From an uncultured Gemmatimonadales bacterium (GTDB taxonomy: Bacteria; Gemmatimonadota; Gemmatimonadetes; Gemmatimonadales; GWC2-71-9): DNA of 64,000 nt. The stretch lies in the NCBI GenBank assembly GCA_963779755.1, contig CAVZZO010000003.1:1184001-1248000 (forward strand), read 5' to 3'. The position numbers were made by a program, and so were the translations under genes. The notes beneath the pieces were generated by a model that was not told where the DNA came from, did no database searches, and saw nothing but the letters and a program-made list of their open reading frames with translations. The first letter of the stretch is position 1. Each line of letters starts with the position of its first letter. Shown here in pieces: positions 50,421 through 60,492 of the stretch.

Positions 50421-51476
50421 ATGCTCCGCTCATTCCAAGGCTTCTGCCGCGCCGGGAAATTGCCGGCGGCCGCGCTGTTGATCCTCCTTCTGGCGCAGGA
50501 GGTCCACGCGCAGGGCTGCATGCCGCTCAAGTTTCTCTCGCCGGGGATGGCGGGCCTGCAATCGAGCTATCTGCGCCCTGGCGAATGGCAGGTCGGCGTC
50601 TCCGTGCGCCGGGTCACGACCAACAAGGTCTACGTCGGATCGAAGGAGGACCTGAGCGCCGCGCCGGGGGGCCAGCCGCTCTATCTCCATCTCAATTCGC
50701 TCGACCTGAGCGCCACCTATGCGCTGTCCGACCGGCTCAGCCTCACCGCCACCGTGCCGTTCTCCTACAGCACGGCCAGCAACATCTTCCCCGACGGCAA
50801 CCGGCATCAGAACTCGAGCGGCGGGGTGGGCGATGTGAACCTGGTGGGGAACCTCTGGGTGCTGGATCCGGGCAGCCACGTCGGCGGCAACGTGGTGGTG
50901 GGGCTCGGGATGAAGGCGCCCACCGGCCGCTATCACGCGACCGACGATTTCTGGACGCCGGGCGGGATCACCCAGGAGCCGGTGCCGCAGACCATCCAGC
51001 AGGGCGACGGCGGCTGGGCCATCCTGGCCCAGGCCCAGGGATACCTGCAGCTCGTTCCTCGGGTCTCCGCCTACCTCTCCGCCCAGTACTCCGCGAGTCT
51101 GCGCCAGCACACCGACGTCATCTGGGCGCCCGCGGGCGTCGAGTGGGCCGTGCCGGACGTGTACTCCGCGCGCGGCGGCTTTACCTATTTCCTGCTCCCG
51201 CACCAGGGCCTGTCGCTCAGCGCCGGCGGGCGCATCGACGGCACCACCCGGAGCGACCTGTTCCACTCGGCGGGCGACTTTTACCGCCATGCGGGGTATG
51301 CCGCTTATCTCGAGCCGGGACTGGTCCTGGTGAGTGGTCCCAACCAGTTCACGGTCACCGTCCCGGTCCGGTTGGCGGCCCGCTACCTCAGCATGCAGAC
51401 CAGTACCGGCGTGCGGGTGGGCGTGGGTGGCGTCAACGATTACCTGATCTACGCCAGCTTCACCCGGCGTCTGTAG
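50421..51476 (+). CDS. Putative outer-membrane beta-barrel/transporter-like protein
   Basis: Signal peptide, GGVGDV, GLGMKAPTG, alternating beta-strand pattern. Confidence 0.65.
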   Translation: MLRSFQGFCRAGKLPAAALLILLLAQEVHAQGCMPLKFLSPGMAGLQSSYLRPGEWQVGVSVRRVTTNKVYVGSKEDLSAAPGGQPLYLHLNSLDLSATYALSDRLSLTATVPFSYSTASNIFPDGNRHQNSSGGVGDVNLVGNLWVLDPGSHVGGNVVVGLGMKAPTGRYHATDDFWTPGGITQEPVPQTIQQGDGGWAILAQAQGYLQLVPRVSAYLSAQYSASLRQHTDVIWAPAGVEWAVPDVYSARGGFTYFLLPHQGLSLSAGGRIDGTTRSDLFHSAGDFYRHAGYAAYLEPGLVLVSGPNQFTVTVPVRLAARYLSMQTSTGVRVGVGGVNDYLIYASFTRRL

Positions 51477-51485
51477 GCCGGGCTC

Positions 51486-53870
51486 TCAGCCTGGCACGGG
51501 GAGATGCAGCCGCCGGAGCAGCGCCTGGAAGCGGGGGTCACTGCGGTAGGGCCGGAAGGCGGGCTCCACGCCCAGCTGCCAGAGCAGCCATTCCCGGGTG
51601 CCCACCGCCCGGTCCAGGTCGGCGAGCATCCTCGTGCGGTCGCCCAGCGATGCATGGATCATTGCCAGGCGGAACCAATCGACGCCGGCTCCTCCCGCAC
51701 CGGGCGCGCCCCAGGATCTCAGCGCAAGGTCGCCCTCACCGCAACGGCCCAGCGCCCAGCCCATCGAGCCGCCGTCCGTCGGCCTGATGCCATGCGCCTG
51801 TTGCAGGGCCTTGACCTCGACACATCGGTTCTGCGCGGCGTACACAGCCGCCAACTGAATGATGGCCTGCCGGAACTCGGGTTCGCGGGACAGTACCTGA
51901 GTCAACTGGGCAGCGGCTGCCTCCAGCGAGTCGGAGAAGTAGAGGATGGTCCCCACTCGCGTATGGATGATGCTGGAACTGGGGTCGAGCTGCCGGGCGC
52001 GCCGGATGCTGAGCCGGGCCGAATCGAGCCGGCCGAGGCCGACATAATACCAGCTGCGGAAGAGCCAGATGTCGGCCCGGGTGGAATCGAGCTGCACCGC
52101 CCGCGTGAACTCGATGGCCGCGGCGGCCCAGTCCCGCTCATCCACATCCATGAACCCGAGGGTCATGTGCGCCACCGCCAGGGAGCTGTCGAGACGGAGG
52201 GCCCGGTCCACCGCGCGGCGGGCAGTCAGCCGGTCGGCCTCTTCGGTGCCGGATAGGCAGAACCCGGCCCGCAGAATACTGACTTGCGCCAGATCCGCCC
52301 ATGCGCGGGCGTAGGCGGAATCAATCCGGGTGGCGGCCGTCAGGAGCGACATCGCCCGACTGAGCGATGTGCAATCCCGTTTCTCACTGTACCAGCGCGC
52401 CAGCAGCAGGCTGTCATGCGCGGCGGGATCCTCCGGCCGGGCCTGTCGCGTCGCGGTCGCCACGACGGAGGCCGGGCCGGACAGTCTTAGCCTCGTGATA
52501 AGCGCCTGCGAGAGGCCGTCTTCCAGGCCGAACAGGTTCCGCGCGCCGGCGGTCACCGCTACCGCGGGAAGGAACGCATTCTTCCGCGCGTTGTACGGCC
52601 GGACCGTTACCCGGATGGAGTCTGCCTGGCGGAGCACCGCTCCCGTAAGAACGATGTCGGCATCCAGCTCGTTGCGAATCGATGCGAGGTCAGGATGGTT
52701 GCGGAACCGCCGGTCCTGGGGCATGGGGCGGACCACCAGATCCGGCACGCCGGCTAGCGCGCCCAGGATTTCCTCCGGGATGCCGTCGGCCAGATAGGCG
52801 TCGCCGGAGTCGCCGCTGTAATTCTCGAACGGCAGGGCAATGATAGAGCGCACCGGGGTGGTGCCCACCGCGCTGGCCGGCGCCTGCCGGCGCGCCGCGA
52901 CTCGCCAGCCCAGCACGAGCAGCGCCACCGCGGCCACCGCCGTTCCTGCCGCCAGCCCCAACCACCGCCATGATCTGCTTCCCGGTCGCTCCCCCGCCGC
53001 GCGCTCGCCGCTCAACGCCCCTTGCAGCTGCGCCGCCGTCTGAAACCGCCGCGCCGGATCGCGCGCCATCGCCGTGAGAATCGCTCCGCTCAGGTAGGAT
53101 GGCAGTTCGCGCCGGCGGCGGGAGGGCGGCACCGGCGTCCCGGTCAGCGCCTGCGCCACGATGGCCTGGGCAGTGGGACCCTGAAAGGGCGGCTCGCCGG
53201 TGCTCGCCTCGTAGAGCATGACGCCGAGCGCGTAGATATCGCTCCGGGCATCCAGATTGCGCTCCCCCAGGGCCTGCTCCGGACTCATGTACTGCGGCGT
53301 GCCCAGCGACAGCCCGGTCTCCGTCAGCCGGCCGCCGCCGGCGGCATCGGTGGCCAGGGCGATGCCGAAATCGGCCACCAGCGCCTGATCTTCCGAGAGG
53401 AGAATGTTCTCCGGCTTGATGTCCCGGTGAATCACGCCCCGCCGGTGGGCGTAGTCCAGCGCGCTGGCCACCGCCTCGCCGATCCGGACCGTCTCCGCGA
53501 TCGGCAGCGGCCCTTCCCGGACCAACCGGTCGCGCAGCGACTCGCCCTCGACGTAGGGCATGACATAGTAGAGGGCAGCCCTGGGACCTTCTATCCCTGC
53601 TTCGTCGAGGGGAAGTTCCACCTGCCCTGAGTCAAACAGCGGCAGGATATGGGGATGCTGCAGGTTGGCCGTGGTGCGGATCTCGGCCAGGAAGCGCTCC
53701 GCCCCGATCACCGCCGCGAGCTCCGGCCGCAGCACTTTGAGCGCGACCCGGCGCTCGTGCTTCAGGTCATAGGCCAGATAGACGGTGGCCATGCCGCCCG
53801 CGCCCAGCTCGCGTTCGAGCCGGTAGCGGTCGGCCAGCGCCGACGCGAGCTGGGCGAACCTGTCGGTCAC
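51486..53870 (-). CDS. Ser/Thr protein kinase with hydrophobic segment and TPR-like C-terminus
   Basis: LGAGGMATVY, VALKVL, HRDIKPEN, DFG, GTPQYMSPE; LPFEN motif; TPR-like repeats. Confidence 0.93.
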   Translation of the reverse strand: MTDRFAQLASALADRYRLERELGAGGMATVYLAYDLKHERRVALKVLRPELAAVIGAERFLAEIRTTANLQHPHILPLFDSGQVELPLDEAGIEGPRAALYYVMPYVEGESLRDRLVREGPLPIAETVRIGEAVASALDYAHRRGVIHRDIKPENILLSEDQALVADFGIALATDAAGGGRLTETGLSLGTPQYMSPEQALGERNLDARSDIYALGVMLYEASTGEPPFQGPTAQAIVAQALTGTPVPPSRRRRELPSYLSGAILTAMARDPARRFQTAAQLQGALSGERAAGERPGSRSWRWLGLAAGTAVAAVALLVLGWRVAARRQAPASAVGTTPVRSIIALPFENYSGDSGDAYLADGIPEEILGALAGVPDLVVRPMPQDRRFRNHPDLASIRNELDADIVLTGAVLRQADSIRVTVRPYNARKNAFLPAVAVTAGARNLFGLEDGLSQALITRLRLSGPASVVATATRQARPEDPAAHDSLLLARWYSEKRDCTSLSRAMSLLTAATRIDSAYARAWADLAQVSILRAGFCLSGTEEADRLTARRAVDRALRLDSSLAVAHMTLGFMDVDERDWAAAAIEFTRAVQLDSTRADIWLFRSWYYVGLGRLDSARLSIRRARQLDPSSSIIHTRVGTILYFSDSLEAAAAQLTQVLSREPEFRQAIIQLAAVYAAQNRCVEVKALQQAHGIRPTDGGSMGWALGRCGEGDLALRSWGAPGAGGAGVDWFRLAMIHASLGDRTRMLADLDRAVGTREWLLWQLGVEPAFRPYRSDPRFQALLRRLHLPVPG

Positions 53871-54045
53871 TGCGGTGTCCTCTGGGGGGAGAGGGGACGG
53901 CGCCCGCCGGCGTTCCGCGGCGGACGACCGCCCTTAGGATGCCGACCGGCCAGACCGGGCGCAAGGGCCGCCGCGGGCACCCGGCAGAACGCGGCACCGC
54001 CGGCGTCCGGCTTCTTGCCGGCCGCGGGCAACGGTACATTAGGTC

Positions 54046-55581
54046 ATGCGACGGCTCCTCCCATTATTGCTGGTCGTTCTGGCGGGCTGCGGCGGCGAAT
54101 CCGGCCACTCGCACACGCTGCAGTACTATTTCACCTACGATCCGCGCTCCCTCGACCCGGCGATGTCCACCGACGTCCCCACCGGCGAGGTCATAGCGAC
54201 CCTGTTCGACAACCTCACCCAGTTCAATGTCGATGGAGAGCTGAAGCCGGGGCTGGCGCGCGACTGGGTGGTGGACTCCAGCGGCCTGCGCTACACCTTT
54301 CACCTGCGCACCGATGCGCGGTTCCACGACGGCACCCCGGTGCGCGCCCGGGACGTACGCCAGACCTATCTCCGGGCGCTGGACCCCGGCGCCACCGGCG
54401 GCCGCCCCTGGCCTCTCTACCCCATTGCCGGCGCGCAGGAGTACGCCGACGGCAAGGCGGCCGATGTGAGCGGCCTGGCGGTGCCCAACGATTCTACCGT
54501 GGTCATCACGCTGCGGGCCCCGCTCAACGTCTTCCCCAAACTGCTGGCGATGCCGGTGACGGCCATCGTGCCCGCCTCCATCCCGGCGGGGTTCGATCAG
54601 CATCCCGTCGGCAGCGGACCCTGGCGCTTCGTGTCCTGGTCGCACGACGATCAGATCCTGCTGGCCAAGAACCTCGACTACTGGGGCGGGCCTCCCGAGG
54701 CCGACAGCCTCCGCATCCGCATCATTCCCGAGCCGCTCACCCAGGCGGCGGAATACGAAGCCGGCCAGCTCAGCGTGGTGGAGATTCCCTTCGGCGAGAG
54801 CGCGCGCTGGCAGCAGCAGCACGGCCCGGAGATCCACCGGCGGCCGGCCCTGCGCGATCTCTACATCGCCATCAATACCACCCGCGGCCCGCTGCGCGAC
54901 GTGCGGGTGCGCCGGGCGCTCAATTACGCGGTGGACATTCCCACCATCCTGAAGACCGTGATCGGCGGCCGGGGCATCCCCGCCGCCGGCGCGCTCCCGC
55001 CCGGCATTCTGGGCTACGACTCCACCCGCGCTCCCTACGCCCACGACCCGGTGAAGGCGCGGCGGCTCCTGCGCGAGGCGGGCTATCCCGACGGCTTCGC
55101 GCTGCAGCTGTGGCGCACCCAGCGCACCGAGCTGGCCCGGGTGGCCCAGGCGGTACAGCAGCAGCTCGCGGCGGTGGGGGTTCGGGTGGAGATCGTCGAG
55201 CGCGACGCCTCCGCCGCCCGGGCCGCCGCGCGCAAGGGCGACACCGACCTGTTCCTCACCGACTGGTACGCCGACTACCCCGACCCCGAAGATTTCAACT
55301 ATCCGCTCTTCTACTCGGGCAACAAGGGCACCGGCGGGAATTACGCCTTCTTCAGCGACCCCACCGTCGACTCCCTGATCCTGCTGGCCCGGCGCACGCC
55401 GGACGAGCGGGAAAAGGCCCGGCTCTCGCGGGAGATCGACAGCCGGGTCTTCGACTCGGCACCCTGGATCTTCTGCTACTTCCCGGTGGACATGTGGGCC
55501 GAGCGGCCCGAGGTCACCGGCTGGGAAATTCCCGCCATCTTCAACGGCCAGCGCTGGACCACCGTGCATTACCGCCAGTGA
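54046..55581 (+). CDS. Peptide ABC transporter substrate-binding lipoprotein (DppA-like)
   Basis: LAGC lipobox, SLDPA, YTFHLR..FHDG, PVGSGPW, VRRALNYAVD. Confidence 0.93.
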   Translation: MRRLLPLLLVVLAGCGGESGHSHTLQYYFTYDPRSLDPAMSTDVPTGEVIATLFDNLTQFNVDGELKPGLARDWVVDSSGLRYTFHLRTDARFHDGTPVRARDVRQTYLRALDPGATGGRPWPLYPIAGAQEYADGKAADVSGLAVPNDSTVVITLRAPLNVFPKLLAMPVTAIVPASIPAGFDQHPVGSGPWRFVSWSHDDQILLAKNLDYWGGPPEADSLRIRIIPEPLTQAAEYEAGQLSVVEIPFGESARWQQQHGPEIHRRPALRDLYIAINTTRGPLRDVRVRRALNYAVDIPTILKTVIGGRGIPAAGALPPGILGYDSTRAPYAHDPVKARRLLREAGYPDGFALQLWRTQRTELARVAQAVQQQLAAVGVRVEIVERDASAARAAARKGDTDLFLTDWYADYPDPEDFNYPLFYSGNKGTGGNYAFFSDPTVDSLILLARRTPDEREKARLSREIDSRVFDSAPWIFCYFPVDMWAERPEVTGWEIPAIFNGQRWTTVHYRQ

Positions 55582-56498
55582 CCCGGTTTCTCCTCCGCCG
55601 CCTGCTCCTGGTGGTGCCGACGCTGCTGGGCGTGCTGGTGGTGGCCTTTCTCCTGTTGTACGTGGCGCCGGGCGATCCGGTGCAGGCGATGGTCGGCGAA
55701 CGGGCCGATCCCGCCACCATCGCCCGGCTGCGGGCGCAGCTCCGGCTGGACGACCCGCTGCCCACCCAGTTCGTCCATTACGTGGGAGGGGTGGTTCGCG
55801 GCGATCTGGGCACCTCCTACATCACCCGGCGGCCCATCCTGCGCGACCTGCTGGAACGCTTTCCCGCCACGCTGCGCCTGGCGGCGGCCGCCATGCTCTT
55901 CGCCACCTGCACCGGGGTGCTGATCGGCGTCTACGGGGCGTGGCGCCCGACCTCGTGGATCGACCGGTTCACCACCGTAGGCGCCTACCTCGGCGTATCG
56001 TTTCCGGTCTACTGGGTGGGCCTGCTGCTGATTCTCATCTTTGCGGTGCAGCTGCGCTGGCTGCCGCCGTCGGGATCGGGCGGCCTGGCCTACCTGATCC
56101 TCCCCGCCCTGACGCTGGGGATGCGGTCGGTGGCGTTCCTGGCCCGGATGACCCGCGCCTCCATGCAGGAGGTGCTGGGCAGCGATTTCGTGCGCACCGC
56201 CCGGGCCAAGGGGTTGGGGGAACGCCGGGTGGTGCTGCGCCACGCCCTGCAGAATGCCCTCCTGCCGGTGCTCACGGTGCTGGGGCTCGACTTCGGCAGC
56301 TATCTCACCGGGTCGATCCTCACCGAGACCATCTTCAGCTGGCCCGGCGTGGGCCGCTACGTGCTGAACGCGATCGACAAGCGCGACCTCCCCGCCATCC
56401 AGGGAAGTATTCTCTTTCTCAGCCTCGTCTTTGTCCTCGTCAACCTGATTACCGATCTGGCCTATGCGAAAGCTGATCCGAGAGTGGCGTATGACTGA
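55578..56498 (+). CDS. Peptide ABC transporter permease (DppB-like)
   Basis: APGDP, GDLGTS, DFVRTARAKGL, ETIFSWPGVG. Confidence 0.93.
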   Translation: MTRFLLRRLLLVVPTLLGVLVVAFLLLYVAPGDPVQAMVGERADPATIARLRAQLRLDDPLPTQFVHYVGGVVRGDLGTSYITRRPILRDLLERFPATLRLAAAAMLFATCTGVLIGVYGAWRPTSWIDRFTTVGAYLGVSFPVYWVGLLLILIFAVQLRWLPPSGSGGLAYLILPALTLGMRSVAFLARMTRASMQEVLGSDFVRTARAKGLGERRVVLRHALQNALLPVLTVLGLDFGSYLTGSILTETIFSWPGVGRYVLNAIDKRDLPAIQGSILFLSLVFVLVNLITDLAYAKADPRVAYD

Positions 56499-58077
56499 GG
56501 ACGGCAGGACGGCCCTGAAGGACTTCCTCGCGGCCTCGCACCTGGAGGGCCGCTCGGTCGCAGGGCGGCAGGACGGCAAGAGTACGCGCGTCTTCTTCCT
56601 TACCGCCCTTACCGCCTTTACCGCCTTTACCGCCTTGACCGCCGCTCCGCTGCACGCGCAGAGCCTCGGCAAGCGGCTCGACCGGCGGCTGGCGGCCGAG
56701 CCCTGGAGCCACAACCTCTGGGGCATCGCGGTGATGGACGACCGGGGACATCTGCTCTACGGCCACAACCCGGAAAAGCTGTTCATGCCCGCCAGCAACA
56801 CCAAGCTGGTGGTCACCACGGTGGCCTCGGCGCTGCTGCCGCCGGACTGGACGGTGAAGACCAGCCTCTACGGCACCGGGCCGCTGGTCAATGGCGTACT
56901 GCAAGGCGATCTGATCCTCTACGGCCGGGGCGATCCCACCTTCAGCGAACGCTGCTATGCGGTGGACACGCTGCAGGCCGGCGTGTGTGATGCCGATCCG
57001 TTCGCCCCGCTCAGGCAACTGGCCCAGGGCCTCAAGGCCCGCGGCGTGCGCGCCGTGCAGGGCGACCTGGTGGGTGACGGCAGCTACTTCGCACCGCCCC
57101 TGGTGAACCCCGGATGGGAGACCTACGACCTCAACTGGTGGTACGCCGCGCCGGTGAGCGGCCTCGGCTTCAACGACAACAGCCTGAACCTCACCTGGGG
57201 GCCGGGCGCGGCCGAGAACGCGCCGGCCGGGATCGTGTTCGCGCCCGACCTGGGCGATGTGGTCCTGGAGAACCGCACCATCACGGGGCCGGCGGGCTCG
57301 GAAACCACCATCGACTTCTTCCGCCAGCCGGGTACACTGCACCTCTGGGCGGAAGGGGCGGTCGCGCTGGATCACCGGGGCCGCACCGAATACTTCGCGC
57401 TTCCCGACCCGGACCTCTATACCGCACGGGCCCTGCGCCAGGCACTCGCCGAGGCGGGCATCGCGGTGCTGGGCACCACGCGTTCGACCACCGATTCGCT
57501 GCAGTACCGTGATGCTCGCGGCACGCCGCCCCTGGCGGAGGTCACCTCGCGCCCCTTCAAGGACTGGATCTTCCCCATTCTCAACACCAGCCAGAACTGG
57601 TTCGCCGAGATGGTGCTGAAGCAGCTGGGCAAGCAGTTCGGCGCGGCGGGATCGTGGACCGAGGGTCTGCGGGTGGAGCGGCGGTTTCTCGTCGATTCGG
57701 TGGGGCTCGATTCCACCCTCTTCAGCCTGAGCGACGGCTCGGGGCTCTCCAGCTCCAACCTGGTGAGCCCCCTGGCATTCACCCGGATCCTCCAGTTCAT
57801 CCGGCACCATCCGCACTGGAGCACCTTCGCCGCGGGGCTGCCCCGCAGCGGGGCCACCGGCTCGCTGCGGCACCGCTTCGTGGGCACGCCGCTGGAGGGG
57901 CGGGTCCAGGCCAAGACCGGCAGCATCTCCCGGGTCAATACGCTCTCCGGGTTCATCGAGCTGACCAACGGCCGTTTCCTGACCTTTTCGGTCGAAGCCA
58001 ACCACCACGCCCAGCATGGCAACGCCATGATCGCGCAGATTGACAGCCTGGTGGTGGAAATGGGCAAGGGACGCTAG
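56491..58077 (+). CDS. dacB: D-Ala-D-Ala carboxypeptidase/endopeptidase (PBP4, S13)
   Basis: PASNTK (SXXK), GDPT, SQN (SXN), DGSGLS, AKTG; start approximate. Confidence 0.92.
   Translation: MTEDGRTALKDFLAASHLEGRSVAGRQDGKSTRVFFLTALTAFTAFTALTAAPLHAQSLGKRLDRRLAAEPWSHNLWGIAVMDDRGHLLYGHNPEKLFMPASNTKLVVTTVASALLPPDWTVKTSLYGTGPLVNGVLQGDLILYGRGDPTFSERCYAVDTLQAGVCDADPFAPLRQLAQGLKARGVRAVQGDLVGDGSYFAPPLVNPGWETYDLNWWYAAPVSGLGFNDNSLNLTWGPGAAENAPAGIVFAPDLGDVVLENRTITGPAGSETTIDFFRQPGTLHLWAEGAVALDHRGRTEYFALPDPDLYTARALRQALAEAGIAVLGTTRSTTDSLQYRDARGTPPLAEVTSRPFKDWIFPILNTSQNWFAEMVLKQLGKQFGAAGSWTEGLRVERRFLVDSVGLDSTLFSLSDGSGLSSSNLVSPLAFTRILQFIRHHPHWSTFAAGLPRSGATGSLRHRFVGTPLEGRVQAKTGSISRVNTLSGFIELTNGRFLTFSVEANHHAQHGNAMIAQIDSLVVEMGKGR
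56599..56643 (+). repeat. Nonamer array (YTTACCGCC-like) x5 within dacB 5' region
   Basis: CTTACCGCC CTTACCGCC TTTACCGCC TTTACCGCC TTGACCGCC, in frame as LTA-LTA-FTA-FTA-LTA. Confidence 0.9.
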
Positions 58078-58092
58078 CAATAAGGCACCGCC

Positions 58093-58605
58093 ATGCTTCT
58101 ACTTCTTGTACGCCATGCCCATGCCGGCGAACGCGATCCGGCGAAGTACCCGGACGACGCGCTGCGCCCGCTCACCCGCAAGGGGAAGGGCATGCACGAC
58201 CGCATCAGCCGGCAGCTCGCCAGAAGCGGCATCAAGCCCGGCCTCATCCTCTCCAGCCCCTGGAAGCGGGCGCTGCAGACGGCAACCATCATGGCCGATG
58301 CCTTCAGCACGCGGAACGGCCCGGCACCGGTGCACCCGACCGCGGCGCTCGCCCAGGCGCCCAGCCTGGCGGCGCTCCGCAAGGAACTCCAGGCGCAGGC
58401 GGAGAAGGACGTGGTAGCCCTCGTGGGTCACGAGCCCTGGATGAGCCAGCTGGCGGCCCTGCTGCTCACCGGCCGGCGCGAAGGCGTGAGCATCGCCTTT
58501 CCCAAGAGCGGCATGATGGGCATCGAGGTGGCCGAGGCGGCCGCGGGGGAAGGCATGCTGCGGTTCTTCTGGCGTCCCAAGATGCTCAAGGACACCACCG
58601 ATTGA
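58093..58605 (+). CDS. sixA: Phosphohistidine phosphatase SixA-like
   Basis: VRHA, RPLT, SSPWKRALQTA, VGHEP. Confidence 0.88.
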   Translation: MLLLLVRHAHAGERDPAKYPDDALRPLTRKGKGMHDRISRQLARSGIKPGLILSSPWKRALQTATIMADAFSTRNGPAPVHPTAALAQAPSLAALRKELQAQAEKDVVALVGHEPWMSQLAALLLTGRREGVSIAFPKSGMMGIEVAEAAAGEGMLRFFWRPKMLKDTTD

Positions 58606-58675
58606 TCACTGACGGTGCAGGTTACGCAGACGCCGCGGATTGGCCCGGCGGGACTTCAGGAATGAGCCGAGCGCC

Positions 58676-59221
58676 GTGAAGATCTACACCAAGACCGGCG
58701 ATGCCGGCGATACCGGACTGTTTGGCGGGGGCCGCGTACCCAAGAGCCACCCCCGCGTCGCGGCGTACGGCGACGTGGACGAACTGAACGCGGTGATCGG
58801 CCTGGTGCGCGCCACGCCGCCCGGCGACTTCCACGACCGGCTCTTCGAGCGCATCCAGCGCGATCTCTTCGCCATCGGCGGCCATCTGGCCACCCCAGAC
58901 CCGGCCCGGGTCCGCCAGGCGCTGGAGAAGGCCACGCTCTCCTCCTCCCGGGTGGAGGAATTCGAGCAGCTGATGGACGCCGCCGACGGCACCCTGCCGC
59001 CGCTCCGCGCCTTCATTCTGCCGGCCGGGACGCAGAAGGCCGCCTGGCTTCATCTGGCCCGCACCGTCTGCCGCCGGGCCGAGCGCCACGTGGTGGCCCT
59101 GGCGCAGGCGGAGCCGGTCCCCGGCCTCTTCCTGGTCTACCTCAACCGGCTGTCCGACCTGCTGTTCACGCTCGCCCGCCTGGCCAATCATGAGGCCGGG
59201 GTCCCCGATACCACCTGGTGA
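58676..59221 (+). CDS. PduO-type cob(I)alamin adenosyltransferase
   Basis: KIYTKTGD.G.T, YGDVDELN, RTVCRRAER, YLNRLSDLLF. Confidence 0.93.
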   Translation: MKIYTKTGDAGDTGLFGGGRVPKSHPRVAAYGDVDELNAVIGLVRATPPGDFHDRLFERIQRDLFAIGGHLATPDPARVRQALEKATLSSSRVEEFEQLMDAADGTLPPLRAFILPAGTQKAAWLHLARTVCRRAERHVVALAQAEPVPGLFLVYLNRLSDLLFTLARLANHEAGVPDTTW

Positions 59222-60327
59222 GCCCCACCCCCGGCACCTGCGTCGTCCGCCACGCCACCGGCAGCTATCCCGTGCAGGTGGATCCGGGCCTGTTGCGCCG
59301 GCTGCCGGAGCTGCTGGACGACGCGGTTCCCGGCCACGACCGCGTACTCATTACCGACGATCAGGTGGCGGAGGCCTCAGCCGCGTGGCTGCCCGCATCG
59401 CCCTGGCGCAGCCGCCTCACCTTCCGGGCCGGGGAGAGTTCCAAGACCGTCGAGACCTGGTCGCGGCTGTCGGAGGAGCTGCTGGAGGCGGGGTTCGGCC
59501 GCCGCTCCGCCGTGCTGGCCCTGGGCGGCGGAGTCACCGGCGACCTCGCCGGGTTCGTGGCGGCAACCTACCTGCGCGGCATTCCCCTGGTGCACCTGCC
59601 CACCTCGCTGGTGGCCATGGTGGATGCCTCCATCGGAGGCAAGACCGGCGTGAATACCGCGAGGGGCAAGAACCTGCTCGGGGCGTTCCATCCGCCCGTG
59701 CTGGTGCTGAGCGACCCGCAGGCCCTCGCCACATTGCCGGAAGCGGAGTACCGCGCCGGGCTCGCGGAAGCGGTGAAGCACGGCCTGGTCGCGGACCGCG
59801 CCTACTTCGAATGGATGGAACGGGAGGCGGCGGCTCTCCTGGCCCGCGAGCCGGCGTCGCTGCTGGAGCTGGTGCGGCGCAGTGTCTCCCTCAAGGCCTC
59901 GGTGGTCTCCGCGGATGAACGGGAAACCGGCCGCCGGGCGATCCTCAATGCAGGCCACACCGTGGCCCACGGCCTGGAGCGCGCCTCGCACTGGCGGCTG
60001 CGCCATGGCGAAGCGGTGGCGATCGGGCTGGTGGTGGAAGCCTGGATGGCGGGCCGTATGGGGATGGCGCCACCCGATTTGAGTGGACGGCTGGCGCGGC
60101 TGCTCGAGCGCCTGGGGCTTCCGGTCCGTTCGCCGGAGGGGATGGACCAGGACACGGTGCTGGCCGCCATGGGGTGTGACAAAAAGAACCGCGACGGCGC
60201 GGTGCGTTTCGCCCTTCCCTCAGGTGTGGGTGAAATGCACCAGAAGGGTGACAGCTGGACGACGTCAGTTGAGCGTCATCTGATCGTTGAAGCGCTGACT
60301 GTCCACGGTGTCCACGTTTCCACTTGA
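59218..60327 (+). CDS. aroB: 3-dehydroquinate synthase
   Basis: GESSK, LGGGVTGD, PTSLVAMVDASIGGKTG, LNAGHT, HGEAVA. Confidence 0.95.
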   Translation: MSPTPGTCVVRHATGSYPVQVDPGLLRRLPELLDDAVPGHDRVLITDDQVAEASAAWLPASPWRSRLTFRAGESSKTVETWSRLSEELLEAGFGRRSAVLALGGGVTGDLAGFVAATYLRGIPLVHLPTSLVAMVDASIGGKTGVNTARGKNLLGAFHPPVLVLSDPQALATLPEAEYRAGLAEAVKHGLVADRAYFEWMEREAAALLAREPASLLELVRRSVSLKASVVSADERETGRRAILNAGHTVAHGLERASHWRLRHGEAVAIGLVVEAWMAGRMGMAPPDLSGRLARLLERLGLPVRSPEGMDQDTVLAAMGCDKKNRDGAVRFALPSGVGEMHQKGDSWTTSVERHLIVEALTVHGVHVST

Positions 60328-60463
60328 AGGTATTTCCCCATCATCAACGCAACATCAACCTCTGATCCTGCAGCAACTTACAGAACAGGATGTTGCGGGA
60401 TCCTGACCGCGACGTTGAAGAAACGTTCATAGTTTCTCGTGCCGTTCCGGCCCGGCATTTTTC

Positions 60464-60492
60464 TTGACCCAACCTTCTACAAAACCTATATT
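60464..60492 (+). promoter_or_regulatory. Sigma70-type promoter of the sigma-factor gene
   Basis: TTGACC-N17-TATATT. Confidence 0.7.

Noticed and set aside
60290..60460. Replication origin
   Set aside because: Only weak DnaA-box-like words, no clear unwinding element, and no dnaA/dnaN nearby.
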